A stretch of 64,000 nt of DNA from Macrostomum hystrix (Eukaryota > Animalia > Platyhelminthes). Numbering within the stretch: the first letter of the stretch is position 1; each line of letters starts with the position of its first letter. This document shows positions 1-12,550 of this stretch, one piece after another. The DNA lies in contig CATNEN010000039.1 of assembly GCA_950097015.1 (NCBI GenBank), positions 13,578,001-13,642,000 on the forward strand, read 5' to 3'. Made by a program: the position numbers and the translations under genes. The notes below the pieces were generated by a model, which searched no databases, was not told the origin of the DNA, and worked only from the letters and a program-made list of their open reading frames with translations.

Positions 1-146
1 TGAATTCGATGACCAAGGAATCAGCGCAGGCGACTGAGTTATCCAGCAACCGTGACGTCAGCAATTCAGATTTAGGATCATCGTACGCTACCACCACTGA
101 CCAAGCTCAACCGGATGCATTAGAACAAAGTTCTTATGATGGTCTG

Positions 147-347
147 TGTTGTGTAATGATCGATGCTGGCTAGCCGACGTGCAGGTCTTTCTCTTTCTCT
201 CTTAGAGCACCTGCCCCCTAGTCCCCCATTGATGCGTACAATGTACATTGCTCACTGCACTTATATATATATATCGGCTCTCTGCCCATCGCTGGCTTTA
301 AGCGTTTCGTAGCTCGCACATCTCTCGCCTGGACTTCTAACATAACA
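147..347. mobile_element. Solo LTR (201 bp) with 5-bp target-site duplication
   Basis: Starts TGTTGTG and ends CATAACA (TG...CA with imperfect terminal inverted repeat). Flanked by GTCTG at 142-146 and 348-352. Internal (TA)n run. Confidence 0.7.
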
Positions 348-805
348 GTCTGGAGTTCAGTCTGGAGTTCAGTCTAGAGTTTAGCTAGGGAGAGTGCTAA
401 GGTCAATGGTCTTCATTTCATTCCTGTTATTTGCTCTAGCCAGCACTCTGACCAACATTTTATTCACTTTTGACTTCACTAATGGATATCTGAGACATAT
501 TGGTTTGTGCTGCTTCTTCGTTTCGCCTGTCAATCATCCTGTCTGCCAGTCTGCTTCATCACTGGTGGCTTCACTCGTGGCAGACGGTTCTTGTACGATT
601 TTTTAGGCTATGTAGGCTACATGTAGGCTACAGATGTTTTGTCTATTCAAACTCCCTTACTTTCCTGCTGCCCCATTATTGCTCAGTCCCGTTTCGTTGG
701 CTTCCTGCCATTAGGGGTTTAGTTCCGTTTAGTTTATTTATCCCCTGGTGGCTGGCTCACATTCGTGTATCAAGGGTACGCTTCTGTAATTTCTCTTTAA
801 CTCAC

Positions 806-960
806 GAGATCGGCGTCTGTCCGATGTAACTCAAACTCGGCCCGAATCCAGTGGCGTAATTCACTTCGCTGCTTGGCATCAGAAACTTTTCCGGCAGTGC
901 GAAGCAGTGTGCGATATAGCTGCCGAGTTTCTGCCTTCAGGATGAACTGGTAGTGTGCAT
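806..960 (-). CDS. LYRM2: LYR-motif protein (LYRM2-like), first coding exon; remaining exon(s) not found in window
   Basis: Minus frame 958-806 reads AHYQFILKAETRQLYRTLLRTAGKVSDAKQRSELRHWIRAEFELHRTDADL (LYR motif, W-x-R-x-E-F), then a phase-0 GTGAGT donor at 805. The ATG at 960-958 is one base out of frame (likely ATGG>ATG indel). Confidence 0.7.
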
Positions 961-1761
961 TTCAAACTTAGAGAATTATTTTATAATTTTTAGCAAGAAA
1001 ATTGTAATTAAAATATAAAAAATTTTTGTTAAGCAATTGAAAATTAATACAACAGTGTGATAACTGGCTAGAACTAGTATTCTCAGTGGCCGAAACAGGA
1101 TTTTGAAATTAAGGGGAAGTGCAGCCACAACACTATCAGCTTAGCTAACTGTCATGCTGTAGTCCACTAGCACTCATGTATCACATTGCCTGACAATCTA
1201 ACATGTGCATCTATCACTGACTCTCGCTTACTATGTACATGCCGCCCACACGCACGTTGATCATATCAGTGGCACATTGAGGCAAATTTATAAATACAGT
1301 CTCGCCACAGCTTGACTCTTGAGTAATTATACTAAGAACCTAACACAGGTAGCTAAGCTAATCTTAAATGTGAAAGAGAGCTTACCTTGCTTACAACCTT
1401 TGGAACAGGATGGGTCAGTCTCTGGACTGCCATAACATAATAACATGCGAATTTAATGTTTGTTTTAATGTCACGTAAATTTTGTTTGAATGCACCGTTT
1501 GTTTGTCTGCACCAAAAATAAATAGTTATACTGAAGTCGCGGAGAAGAGGAGGCGAAGAGATAATACTATAAATACACAAGGGAAATAAAGAGGAAACTA
1601 ACTCGTACAACCTTGGTTAATAAAAGAGAGTTCAGAATAAAGAAAGCTTGAATCTTGAAGTGTTCGTGTTGAAGTTATTTGAAAGAGACATTGCAAAAGA
1701 GAAGTAAACTGAGTAAGGGAAAGCCCAAGATGGACTGAAGATTGAACTGAAGAGTAATTGA

Positions 1762-1817
1762 AGAGTGATAAAGAGTGATAAAAGACTGATAAAGACTGAT
1801 AAAGACTGATAAAGACA
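1762..1817 (+). repeat. Short ~10-bp tandem repeat (GATAAAGACT)n in an A/G-rich LTR-like tract
   Basis: About 5 near-identical units seen directly. Confidence 0.6.
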
Positions 1818-4800
1818 GAAAAAGAGTACTTATAGAAATAATACAGTAAGGTTATAAAAGAAGTGAATATAGAAGATAAATATTGGCCATATTAAACATA
1901 TTGTAGCAAATCGTAAAATTGTTATTGTATCGTACTTACTAAAAATAGTTTTCTGTTGTAGAAATTTCTATAATTTTCTTAGACTTTCTTTAGGAATTGT
2001 TTGTATTCCTATTTATTGATATCAAATAGATAAATTATTTAAAGCATAGGGTAATGTATCATCAACCAAACAAGAATGTGTATTTTTTTAACTTCAAACC
2101 TAAGCTACAGATTTTCTATTTAAGATATGATGATAAATCAAAAGCCAAGTTATAGAAAACAGTTACATCTTTCTAAAAAGTATCTGCTTTTGCTTTTTTG
2201 TCAAATAGAAAAAAAGTTATTCCTGCTTTTTATCTAAAACCGAACAATGATTTTCATGTATCTTCAAACCAAACAGAGAATTCAATGTTTGGTTTTACAA
2301 TTTGAGTGAGTGGTTTAATCTTATTTTAAGGAGTGAACTATCATGAATTATGTCATTTGAAAGCATTTTTAATGCTCTATAAATAACTAACATTTATGGT
2401 CACTTAATTGGTAAGCAACCACATACAATCTTCGTCTAAAGTATATACTGAAAAAAATGTTGTTAAAAAGTATGCTTTTGCAAAAAAATTTCTACTGAAA
2501 CATCAATATCTTTCTTTCCTCTTAATGCTTCATTGCACATCATGCCTCAGCTTGTAGATAATTTCATTGACATTCAAAATAGTTGTTCTGTGAAATACAA
2601 TAGCTTGTTTCTGTCTTGCACAAGACCAAGGAAGGAGTCAAAATTCTTGTTCGGTTTTGAAGATACACTGTTCAGTTGATGATACAATACCCTACGCATT
2701 TACTTTGCTTGTATCAACCCTAGTCTGTACGAAATTAGTTATATTAAATTAGTTATAATTGTAAAGAACTTTCCAGAAAGCCGTTAATAACTATAAATAT
2801 ACAGGAGGTACCAAGGCTAAAGTTTAACCATATTTTTACTACTTCAAACACAACCTTAAAACTACAAAAGAACCACCGCCTTTACGCCTCATTTATTAAA
2901 ACACCTCTACAACTGGTCCGGTGAGGCGCCGTCAACCACTACAATATAATGCTACAAGACTTTAATACATAAACGCTACCAAAAAGAAGTGCATAAAAGC
3001 GAACAATTGAAGACATTGATAAAGACAATACTTGAATAAAGTGTATTAAGCACTACAACAACTTTCGTAAGATATTTCTGCAAATTTAGCTCTGCATATT
3101 TCATTTAAAAAAGATGACATTAATAAGTAGCAAACATATTTAATTTAATACTCACATGCTTTAAACTATTGCTCATTGTTCAAACATAGCTAGATATGGA
3201 ACCTTTTTTGTTATTTAATTATCGAATCCAGGTCAAACCTTCAAGAATAGCTGAAAGAAGTAGAGCTGTATGTTAAATGCCTTTTTCATATAAAAAAGCA
3301 TGTTGATATTCTAAAATCTGAAGGCAAGTACATCAGGCTAATATAATTTCAATAAAAATCAATTCAGGTTTTATTTAAAGATAATTACTTATATTAAAAA
3401 AGAAGCAATATCAAGCCTTAGCTACCTACTGACTTAAGCTATTCCTTTATTCTACACTATATGTATAGCTATATTTTAAGTAAAAAACTAGCTAGTCAAA
3501 TTAGTTACTAAAAAAGTAACATTATCATGAACTAAAAACTGTGTGAGGCAGTATCATAATAAAATTATTGATAAAAAATGAAAAAAAAACTAACAAATTG
3601 AATAAAAGCAAATGACTTTAGACAAAAAGAAAAACTGAAAAACCATATAGAAAAGAGTTTACAATCTACAGGCAGTATATTGATACACTTTAGAGAAGTT
3701 TGTAAAGTGTGGTTCCATGTCAGAATTGAGAATAATGCAGTGTACAAAGCAATACTGCTCATATTTAGTAGTCTACTTCTGTCTATTGCTACAGAAAAAT
3801 TTAATTGCACATCAAGAAATATGCAAATAAGACAATTAAATTGCTGAAAATCAATTGTAGTAGGCTTACAGTAAAATAGTTAAGTTTTTCTATTTATCAG
3901 ATTAATTTTGATGCAGTCAACAATAGTTAAAAAGCATACATTTGCTTTCCCAAAGGGTCTAATCCTTTTCACTTCATAGTCTATATTGGCACCACTTAGC
4001 AAATGTTAAAAACTAGAAACAAAACTACTTGCCTTTCTGGCTTCCATGTCAAAATGGCTAAAGGTCAAAATAATCACAAAAATGGTGCAAGAAAATGTTA
4101 GATATTAGAAGCAAATGTTTATTGCATGGTCATTTAGTAGACTCCTGTGTAGCCATTATGTTATCTGGCTAATTTTCTCTGCAACCCTTTTATTGTGTGG
4201 CTATTTCGGTTGTGGTTTGTGGCCCTTTTGAAGTGCACAGGCCTTTAGGCCTTCACTCTATATAGTCCATTGTCCATGCATTACACAGTTTTAGATTAAA
4301 GAAGTAAACTCTTTCGTCTCTGATTGAATATATAAAAAATCATTGTTTGTGGTGATTTTGCTAACAGTGAGGCCTTTCTTTGCACCCAGGCTCTGAAGTG
4401 CACCCTGTAACCTTGTGTTGACTATTCTTAACATCTCCGTTTTTTACAGTAAATTTTAGAGAAATCAGAATTGTTTTGATAACTTCCATAGTGGTGAGAG
4501 TCAGTCTTTGCTTTAATATACAAAACATAAAATGTAACAAAAAAATAGAATTTGTACATTTTTCTCTTGTGTGCTACAGCTACAGTGCTACTATCTGCCC
4601 ACCGGCCATATCCATATTTTTTTAGTCCTAAGCTTGATCCAATATAGGGGCCTAGTCCAATAGATTGGAATACTCTTGAACATTCAGCATTGCATCGCAT
4701 TATCGTATACGTGTCGCGGCGGCATGGCAGGGCGGTGTGTAGGCCTAGTGTAAGTGTGGTAGTGTCAGTACAGTAGTTGACAATTGGCTCAGGCCGATCA

Positions 4801-5772
4801 GCTTGTTATGCTTGCATGTCGGGAGCCGATAAGTTTCCATAACAGTGCAATACGTTTCCTGATCTGTATTACTATGTATTATGAATTTTCATGTACAATG
4901 ATGCATAAAAAGTTGCAGCTATACACAGAAATATGTAAAAATATAAGCTAATTGCAGTGCCTCAGTGTCTGAACCTTATGCCTCAGACACCGGATGTTTC
5001 ATAGAAAAAAGGACACTCAAACATGGCTTTTTACCGTTTCTAACAAATCCGTGACAACCTTATCAACTCTGAATAAAAAGAAAAGTAAATTACAATTTTC
5101 TTAGCCAGCACATGCGACGCAGCCATAAAAAATCACATAAATATTCATCTTGACTTCGTAAAAAATGTTTCGTTGGCGCAACAGCCCATGCTATAAACTT
5201 TGCTGGCGCAAGGACTTCACTGTTTTGGGTCAATTTTTCAGATTTATAAAGCTCTATACATATACCAATTTATCACTTCTATGCAAAGAAACTGTTTTGC
5301 AGTGTTAAAAAACTACACTTTACTTTTTCTGGCGCAAGACTTTACTTAAAATGTTACGTGCAGGTGTCAGCTCAACCACCGCCTAATAAATGTATTACTA
5401 AAATATTATTAAACGTAAAAAACGTAACAAACGTACTCCTTCAAAGCTATCTAACTCAAACTAGGGTACTTTTTCTGCATGGTTTTTGCTGCTGGCATCG
5501 GTGCTGCAGTCAACTTTGCCGGGGAAGAAGTTTTTCTATCGTACCTAATTTTGTGGTTTAAAAGATGCAATGCAGAACAACATGTCTATCGAATTATGAA
5601 TGTTATAAAATGAAAGGAGACAAAGTGAAGAAAGCGAAACAGAGCATAACAAACGGTCGTTAAAAAATGCAGTTTATTAAATAAATGCTCCATATTTTGT
5701 TTCAGGTCTAGGTCGACCATGCAGATGTGCCAAATAGCGCATAAGCAGCTGCTGAAAATTAATATTTTAATA

Positions 5773-6655
5773 TGTAACGGTGTAAATAGTTTTAGTTTAA
5801 ATATGTTTCATTTTTTTGTAAATACGTTTTATAAAAATACTCAAAAATCAAAAAATTATATACGCGCCAAAAATAACAAAATTTTGGTTTACTCTCTACT
5901 ATATTGAAAGTAATACTGTATGAATTTTTGTTATAATGATGGCCGTGTAAATATTATTTTGCGAAAATTCACCATTTAAACAAATGCTAAAAAAACTCTT
6001 GTATATATAGCCACAGTTTTTCAGACAGAAAAATAAACCTTGCCGTGCGTGTAAGAGAGTGAGAGAGTGTGAGTAAAATTGTCGACCGAATTAGTCAAGT
6101 CATTGTTGAAGCTTTGAGCGTGTTCGAGATATAAAAGAGTGATTTGAGGAAAGCATTCATTGTGTTAGTCATTTTTGAGAAGATATTGAGAGATATACTG
6201 AGAACCATACTAAGAACCATACTAAGAACCATACTAAGAACTATACTGAGAACCATACTAAGAACCATACTAAGAACTATACTAAGAACGTAACATACTA
6301 AGAACTATACTGAGAACCATACTAAGACCTATACTAAGACCTATACTCAGATTTATACTAAGAATATTATTAAGAGGGAACTGCTAAACTCTAATCTCGG
6401 GGACGCCTAATCGGCTGGAAAGTATATATAGTGCCTAATTACCGCTCGTCCACCACATACGCTACCATATTGAGGAGTTAATAAAACGGCCCATTTGAGG
6501 ACCGCCAGTCTAAATATCTATTAAATTGAGACAGCAGCAGTAAGATCCGCCCTAGTACAACTTTGGTGGCATTCGTGGAATATTAAATATTATAGAATAG
6601 CCCTGCAACAACTTTGGTAGCAGCGCTGGGATATAGTTAATTTCCACCTGCAACA
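5773..6655 (+). mobile_element. Solo LTR (883 bp, Gypsy-like) with 4-bp TSD
   Basis: TGTAAC...GCAACA termini. AATA at 5769-5772 and 6656-6659. Internal 12-bp tandem repeat (GAACCATACTAA)n at ~6195-6365, AATAAA at ~6480, and two tRNA-Leu PBS-like motifs near the 3' end. Confidence 0.7.
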
Positions 6656-7220
6656 AATACAAGACAGCTAGCTGGCGCATATTGCAATTAGTTTTAAATT
6701 TATTCCGTGATGCATCAAGGTTCTGTGATAGTCAAAAATTCCAGATTATGAGGACAATTATCAATCCCACGCATTTAGAGATGTAGAGATCAGCAATGCA
6801 TGTGGGGGCGTTGGCCTTGAGTGTCGGATGAAACAGCAGAAAATACCCGCTTAGTAAATTTTCAGGGCGGCTTGGCAAACTCATCAAACTATATCGGCTG
6901 TGAGGAAGCTGCATGCTAGTGGACAACTTCAATTCACTTTGTAATACCACTTCCATGCAGTTATTTTCACTTCACTTTGCCTTCCCTCTGCCATTGATGC
7001 GGGCTCAGAGCTGCATATATCCTGCAGCATCCAAGCCGATAAAAAATTATCTATACCCATCCACTCAAGGCTGAAATTCTGAGCACATGCTGCAACGCCT
7101 CCTCAAAATTCTGAGCAAATGCTGTAAGTCTAAAAGCTTTTTGTGTTTTTTAAGTTAATTTATACTTCTAGGCAAATTTTAAACACCTGTCAGGTGCAAT
7201 ACTGCTCAGCCTGATCACAA

Positions 7221-8130
7221 TAAATACACAATTGTTGTGTATTTATTGCGGAGGTGGGAAACCGACCTCGGGTATCCGGCCAGCAGTCTGTCGCGACAGC
7301 AGTGACACCTTCGCGCCACAGCCTACCATCATGCTGACGGCGGTCCCATCCGGTCCGAGTTCGAGATTCGCACGAATCTGTGTATGTTGTGTATGTTGTA
7401 TAAATACACAATTGTTGTGTATTTATTGCGGAGGTGGGAAACCGACCTCGGGTATCCGGCCAGCAGTCTGTCGCGACAGCAGTGACACCTTCGCGCCACA
7501 GCCTACCATCATGCTGACGGCGGTCCCATCCGGTCCGAGTTCGAGATTCGCACGAATCTCCCTGTCACTGCCCGGCGTCTGCGGCATTGACAGCAGTCTG
7601 CTGGCTGCGGCAGCAATTTCAAAAGTGGTTTTTCTTGCCGCAAGCGTCGCATGCCTTGCCCTTGGCGGGGCAGGTGTTTGTCGGTCCGTGGTCTTGCCTA
7701 CAGCTTGTGCAGGCCCCACCGAGTTTGGCTGTCCTGGCAACCGTTGCTGGGCGATGACTTCCCTTTCCGGCGGCCCTCTGGCTTCTCGGCTGTCGGATCG
7801 ATTGGACGGTAGCCGCCGTGTTCGAGGTTGATGGCGCCATCGCTTTGGCTTCTTTGGAGGCTTCCTCGATGAAGACCGCGATGCTGAGCGCTTTTGCCAG
7901 GGTGAGGTCCTCCACCGTCAGCAGCCTCTCTCAAACCCCGGGGTTGCTTGTTCTCAGCCAGCTGATCTCTGATCGTCCTGTATTGCGCCGTAGTTGCACA
8001 GCTCCGCCAGCTCCCTGAGGGCTGCCACAAAGGTCTGACAGCTCAGCTGTTGGCTCCGCCACTGCAGTCGCCGCCGGCACTGCCTGCTGGGAGGCAAGCA
8101 GCAGCGGCAGTTACCTACTACCAGCTCAGC
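7221..8130 (-). mobile_element. Degenerate Gypsy-type LTR retrotransposon gag-protease fragment
   Basis: Minus frames give IRDQL...LLTVEDLTLAKALSIA (gag), a zinc knuckle CTSCRQDH...CPAKGKACDACGKKNHF, and the aspartic-protease-like MMVGCGAKVSLL (D-T/S-G-A degenerate). Frameshifts and stops present. 180-bp-period duplication 7221-7379/7401-7559. Confidence 0.75.
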
Positions 8131-8521
8131 ACTCTTGCCATCTTCGCCAGGTAGCTGCTGGCGCTGTCACCATCACGTTGGGCTTTTCGCCGAAGGTTTT
8201 CTCGAGCTTCTCCTTCGTCTTTGCGAATGTGTCCTTATCATCGATTACTTGGCATGTTCGAGCAACTCGCTGACCTTCAAATCCGAGCAGATGAAGCAGC
8301 ATGCTTTTCTTAAGCGGTTTTGCTTCTTCCTTCCCTTCGGGCTCCTTGAATTGGGCCGCCTAGTAATAAAATTCAAAGGCCTCAATCCATCGGCTCCATG
8401 GTACTGTCGGTGTTCCGCAGTTTGCCAGGAAGGGCGTGGGTGCAGGGATGCTGGCCGCCTGTTGTGTTGTGGAAATAATTCGGCCAATAGGAAGTGAGGG
8501 CTCGTATATATTTATACGCGC

Positions 8522-8712
8522 GGGGGTGGCTTTCAAAAGACCGAAATTTCACAACGCCGAAAATTCCTGCACTGTCCTTCACAAGACCGAAACTTCATAA
8601 GACCGAAATTTTACAATGCCGAAAACTAAAACTGCAGACCCCGTCACAAGATTTTGCGGCGCTGTGAAGTTTCGGTCTTATGAAGTTTCGGTCTTATGAA
8701 AGACAGAGGACC
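8522..8712. mobile_element. MITE/foldback-like element with subterminal AAGACCGAAA repeats
   Basis: Left arm has direct copies of (C)TTCA(T/C/A)AAGACCGAAA. Right arm has their reverse complements TTTCGGTCTTATGAA(A)G. No TSD identified. Confidence 0.6.
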
Positions 8713-8759
8713 TTCTTACGGCCCTCTGGCCACCAAAGACACAGTGTTCCAGGCCAACG

Positions 8760-8990
8760 GGGCTTGTCGTGCAATTTACGCCCTCGAGGGCCAACATCCA
8801 AAGCACAGTGAGAGTGTACACTGCCTGACGATGAGAAAGTCGGAGCAGTTGTACACACCTGTGTGAGTGCGTGCCTCATGCGTACAGTTTCTGTGTGCGT
8901 GTGTGTTTTGGAGTCAGTGAAATTGGCAGAATTGCCTCTTCACTGGCTGCGGGTCTAGTGTCGCTAAATGACGTGCCATTGCCGACAGCC
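8760..8990 (+). mobile_element. 5'-truncated copy of SINE family 3
   Basis: Reverse-complement match to 52460-52680 (GTGTACACTGCCTGACGATGAGAAAGTC...GTACACACCTGTGTG...GGAGTCAG...GCGGGTCTAG). Confidence 0.6.
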
Positions 8991-9480
8991 TAGATTGTCG
9001 CCGAAGTTGGCTTTGATGACTAGTTAATTTTCGAAAAAGTCACCGACTTTTACCAAAAAATGTATAATCGATATTCTAATTTTCAAATTTTCAGATGTTA
9101 GAAATGTTTAATTTTCAAACGAAGCTTGTCATTTTAGAAAGCGTTCATAAAAGCAATTAATCTTTTGAAAGCTTCCCCCAAGCTTATAAAGTTCGCAAAC
9201 ACAATCGGTGAGGCATAGATGTTTGGTGCCTCTAATCTAACCAGTCACTGCTAGTTTGCCAAGCCTTGTTCAGGGGCGCCCTTCCTGATTGGCTTGCAAC
9301 TGATCCCGTAGACAGGTAGACAGGTAGAGGCAATATTTAAATATTTACAGAGGGAATTTATTAACAAGGTTTCCGAGTTTTAACTAATTGCTTTATTATC
9401 TGGAATCTACTATCTAGTCTGAAAACAATAGAGCTGTTCCAGAATAGCCTTCTAAATCAAAGAAAGAAATCAATTTCACC

Positions 9481-10886
9481 ATGTACTTCGCACTGCAGCA
9501 GCCGTGGCTGTCCTTATCTGCGCTCTGGCCACAGCTTCAGCTCGTCAGGTGCAGACTGTAAATCGCGGTTGCTTCGCGGACTTTACGAATGGGTTCAGAG
9601 ACATCACTGGACTGCAGAACCTGGGCTTCAACAGGATTGGAAGCACGGCTGTGAATCCTTACGTTGATTCCGCTGCATTCATCAACTCAGCGCAGATGAC
9701 GCATGAACTTTGCATCGGCGTCTGCGCCTTGGGCGGCTTCAAGGTGGCTGGCTTGCAACACTCGAGCCACTGTATCTGCGGCAACTCCTACGGATCACAG
9801 GGAGCTAGTTCTGGCTGCACATCACAATGCTCCGGTAACCCGTCACAGATCTGCGGAGGGCTGAGCCGAAACACAGTCATTGAGCTGATCTATCTAAACA
9901 GTGAGTCAGTCTAGAGACACAAAGAAATCAATAATGCGAGTTACTGCTCAGCCCCTTTCTGTGCTTGAATTTTCATTTTCTCGTCACGAAATCAAGCAGT
10001 CTTTTGCATCAAAAATAGTGTTGAAGTCTTCAAATCGATTCGATTAAATATTCCTTTATGCGGTTCCCATAAAAATTGTGCTCTGACAGATACATCATAT
10101 TATACTTTAACTGCTTCAAAGTCACGTGCATGTGGTTACATTTACCTTCTAAGTGTATTCAATGCGTATATCAAAGTGCATATTCTACATGCACAGTTCA
10201 GAATTGAGTATTGTATATCCCAGATAGCAGATTCCAAGCATGTACATTTTATTGGGGAGTTTTAGCTTGGTGGATGGATAGAGCAGTGTAAAGTGTTTCG
10301 ATACATATCGTCATATTAAAAATCTTCTTTTCGATACTCTACAGCAGGTCCTTTTGCAAGAAAATGTACTGTGCATTGCTTCAGTTCACCCAGCTGTTCA
10401 ATGGGCACCAGCATCAGTTGGAGTAAGTGAGGGTGGGTGTGGCGTCCCCCAGTCCATGGACTGAACATATGTACAAGCTGCGGCTGCACATCTGGCCCAA
10501 TAGTGCAGGCGTAGTGAATTACTAGAATATTTTGCGTATCCACAAGAAGTCCTTTGCCTAAGTAAATTTGTAAAGAGCAAGATATACTTTTGGCCCGAGT
10601 CCAAACACCAAAATGGCACCTTGGCAACGACCGTGTTTTCACTTTTACCGCAGAGGGAGCATTTGTTTCTGGCGATCGCACCTTGGTCGGCATGAGCATG
10701 CCAAACGCGCTGGCCTACCGCACCGTGAGCGTTCGCGGACTACTCGAGTGCGTCTACCTGTGCGACATCGGCTGCGAGGCGGTGATCTTCAATCGTGAGC
10801 AGGGCCTGTGCCACCTGTTGGAGTTCGCGGCGGTACCGGCTGCTCTGAGCTCTGCCAGCAGCGGCGAGTTCATTGTCCGTGGCTGA
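9481..10886 (+). CDS. Secreted WSC-domain + PAN/apple-like domain protein (2 exons: 9481-9900, 10576-10886)
   Basis: Signal peptide (V)LRTAAAVAVLICALATASA and a WSC Cys pattern GCFAD...MTHELCIGVCALGGFKVAGLQHSSHCICGN...CTSQCSGNPSQICGG. Phase-1 GTGAGT donor at 9901 matches the AG acceptor at 10575. Exon 2 has the PAN-like ECVYLCDIGCEAVIFNREQGLCHLL. The ATG at 9481 needs a +1 indel. Confidence 0.8.
10372..10522 (+). mobile_element. 5'-truncated SINE family 1 copy (intronic)
   Basis: Matches the body and tail of the 47256-47545 copy (TTGCTTCAGTTCACCCAGCTG...CAGTCCATGGACTGAAC). Confidence 0.7.
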
Positions 10887-11577
10887 CTAATCTGGTGCTG
10901 CCAATTAGAGTCGGAATTCGTCTGAAAAGCACGAGAACGATGATGAATATGATTTTAATTTTCTAATAATTTATTATTTAATTGTATTAGGAAACGTAGG
11001 TCTTTATTAGCCCAGAAGCAATTTTGCTGTTCTGTAGTTGAAAATACTAAGCACAATGGCGTTCTGACGTTTGATTCGTATTCAGTTTGAAAAACACGGA
11101 AAAACAGGCGCACTGATCTGTTCAGGCCTGTTATATTTTATTATTAGAACTGCTTGCTAGTTCAAGCACAGATACTAGAATATACTAGATACGCTCGTAC
11201 CTACATCTCTCGCGAAAAACGCGTCTCGCCTACTCTTTTTCAGTAACTGAAGTAGCATTTTTTTCTTTTTTGGAAGTAAAATACAAAATATTTGGCCCCA
11301 AATGCCGGAATGAAAGCTGCTCTTTCGACACGTCATGGCTCTCTGGCGCATCTCCACCGCACTGGAACAGATGGCGAGCATCGCTTTCTGAAAGAGACTG
11401 GAATTGTGCCCTGTGTGCTGGCATTGAGTCGAGAAGACCTCGTCACCAGCACTTAGAGACAGGCTCCGAATCCCGAGACGCGGCTGATCATGGAGTTTTC
11501 GGTAACCATCAAATAATTCAACGTGCCAAGAAGCGGACTGTGCACCAGACTGTCCACGACTGTGCACGAGAGTGTAC

Positions 11578-12005
11578 ACAGAGGAAAGTAGACAGAGGAG
11601 AGTAGACAGAGGAGAGTAGACAGAGGAGAGTAGACAGAGGAAAGTAGAAAGAGCTGAGAGTAGACAGAGGAGAGTAGACAGAAGAGAGTAGACAGAGGAG
11701 AGTAGACAGAGGAGAGTAGACAGAGGAGAGTAGACAGAGGAAAGTAGACAGAGGAGAGTAGACAGAGGAAAGTAGACAGAGGAGAGTAGATAGAGGAGAG
11801 TAGCAGAGGAAAGTAGACAGAGGTGAGTAGAAAGAGGAGAGTAGACAGAGGAAAGTGGACAGAGGAGAGTAGACAGAGGAAAGTAGACAGAGGTGAGTAG
11901 ACAGAGGAAAGTAGACAGAGGTGAGTAGAAAGAGGAGAGTAGACAGAGGTGAGTAGAAAGAGGAGAGTAGACAGAGGAGAGTAGACTGATGAGAGTAGAC
12001 AGAGA
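11578..12005 (+). repeat. 14-bp minisatellite (GAGTAGACAGAGGA)n
   Basis: About 30 units seen directly. Confidence 0.95.
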
Positions 12006-12550
12006 AGTCCATGAATAAATGTATCAAACTCAGCAGGTTAAGGATTTAGATGAATTTTGAGCTAAGTTAAACTCCCCACCTGCTGAGTCCCGATCGGTCC
12101 TCCAACTTGTCTGTGATGCTGCTAAGCTTCAGACTGTACCAGATTGTCTATGGCCTAGACCACCCTGTTAATGCAATTAGCTTTGTTGGATTAGCTTTGT
12201 TTGAGGGATTGTGAGCCTCTGTTAATGCATAATATCTGTGTGTTATATCGAACTACCAGAAGGAGCTCTCGCCCCAATAATGCTCCAAAGCTGGCCCATT
12301 GCAGTTTTCCACATCGAAAGTAAATGTCAGACAAATACAATGTTTGCGCCCTGATTATCTTCCGATCAGAAATACGATTCGATATATTTGATAAATTATT
12401 TTAAACAGTGCGCCTTGTAACATTGATTTTCGCAAAGCATGCACGTGTGCGCCATGCTGTAACTACAGCGAGTGTTAATGATTCAGAGAGAGCCAACGTG
12501 GGCGGTGTCCGGTCCGTTGCGAGGTGGCCTTCAGCAGGTCATCTGAAGGT

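Noticed and set aside
2726-3072. Possible solo LTR (TGTACGAAA...TTTCGTAAGA with AATAAA)
   Set aside because: The 3' end is not CA and no TSD was found.
11175-11605. Overlapping ORFs of 64-134 aa
   Set aside because: No domain recognised, and they run into the 14-bp minisatellite.
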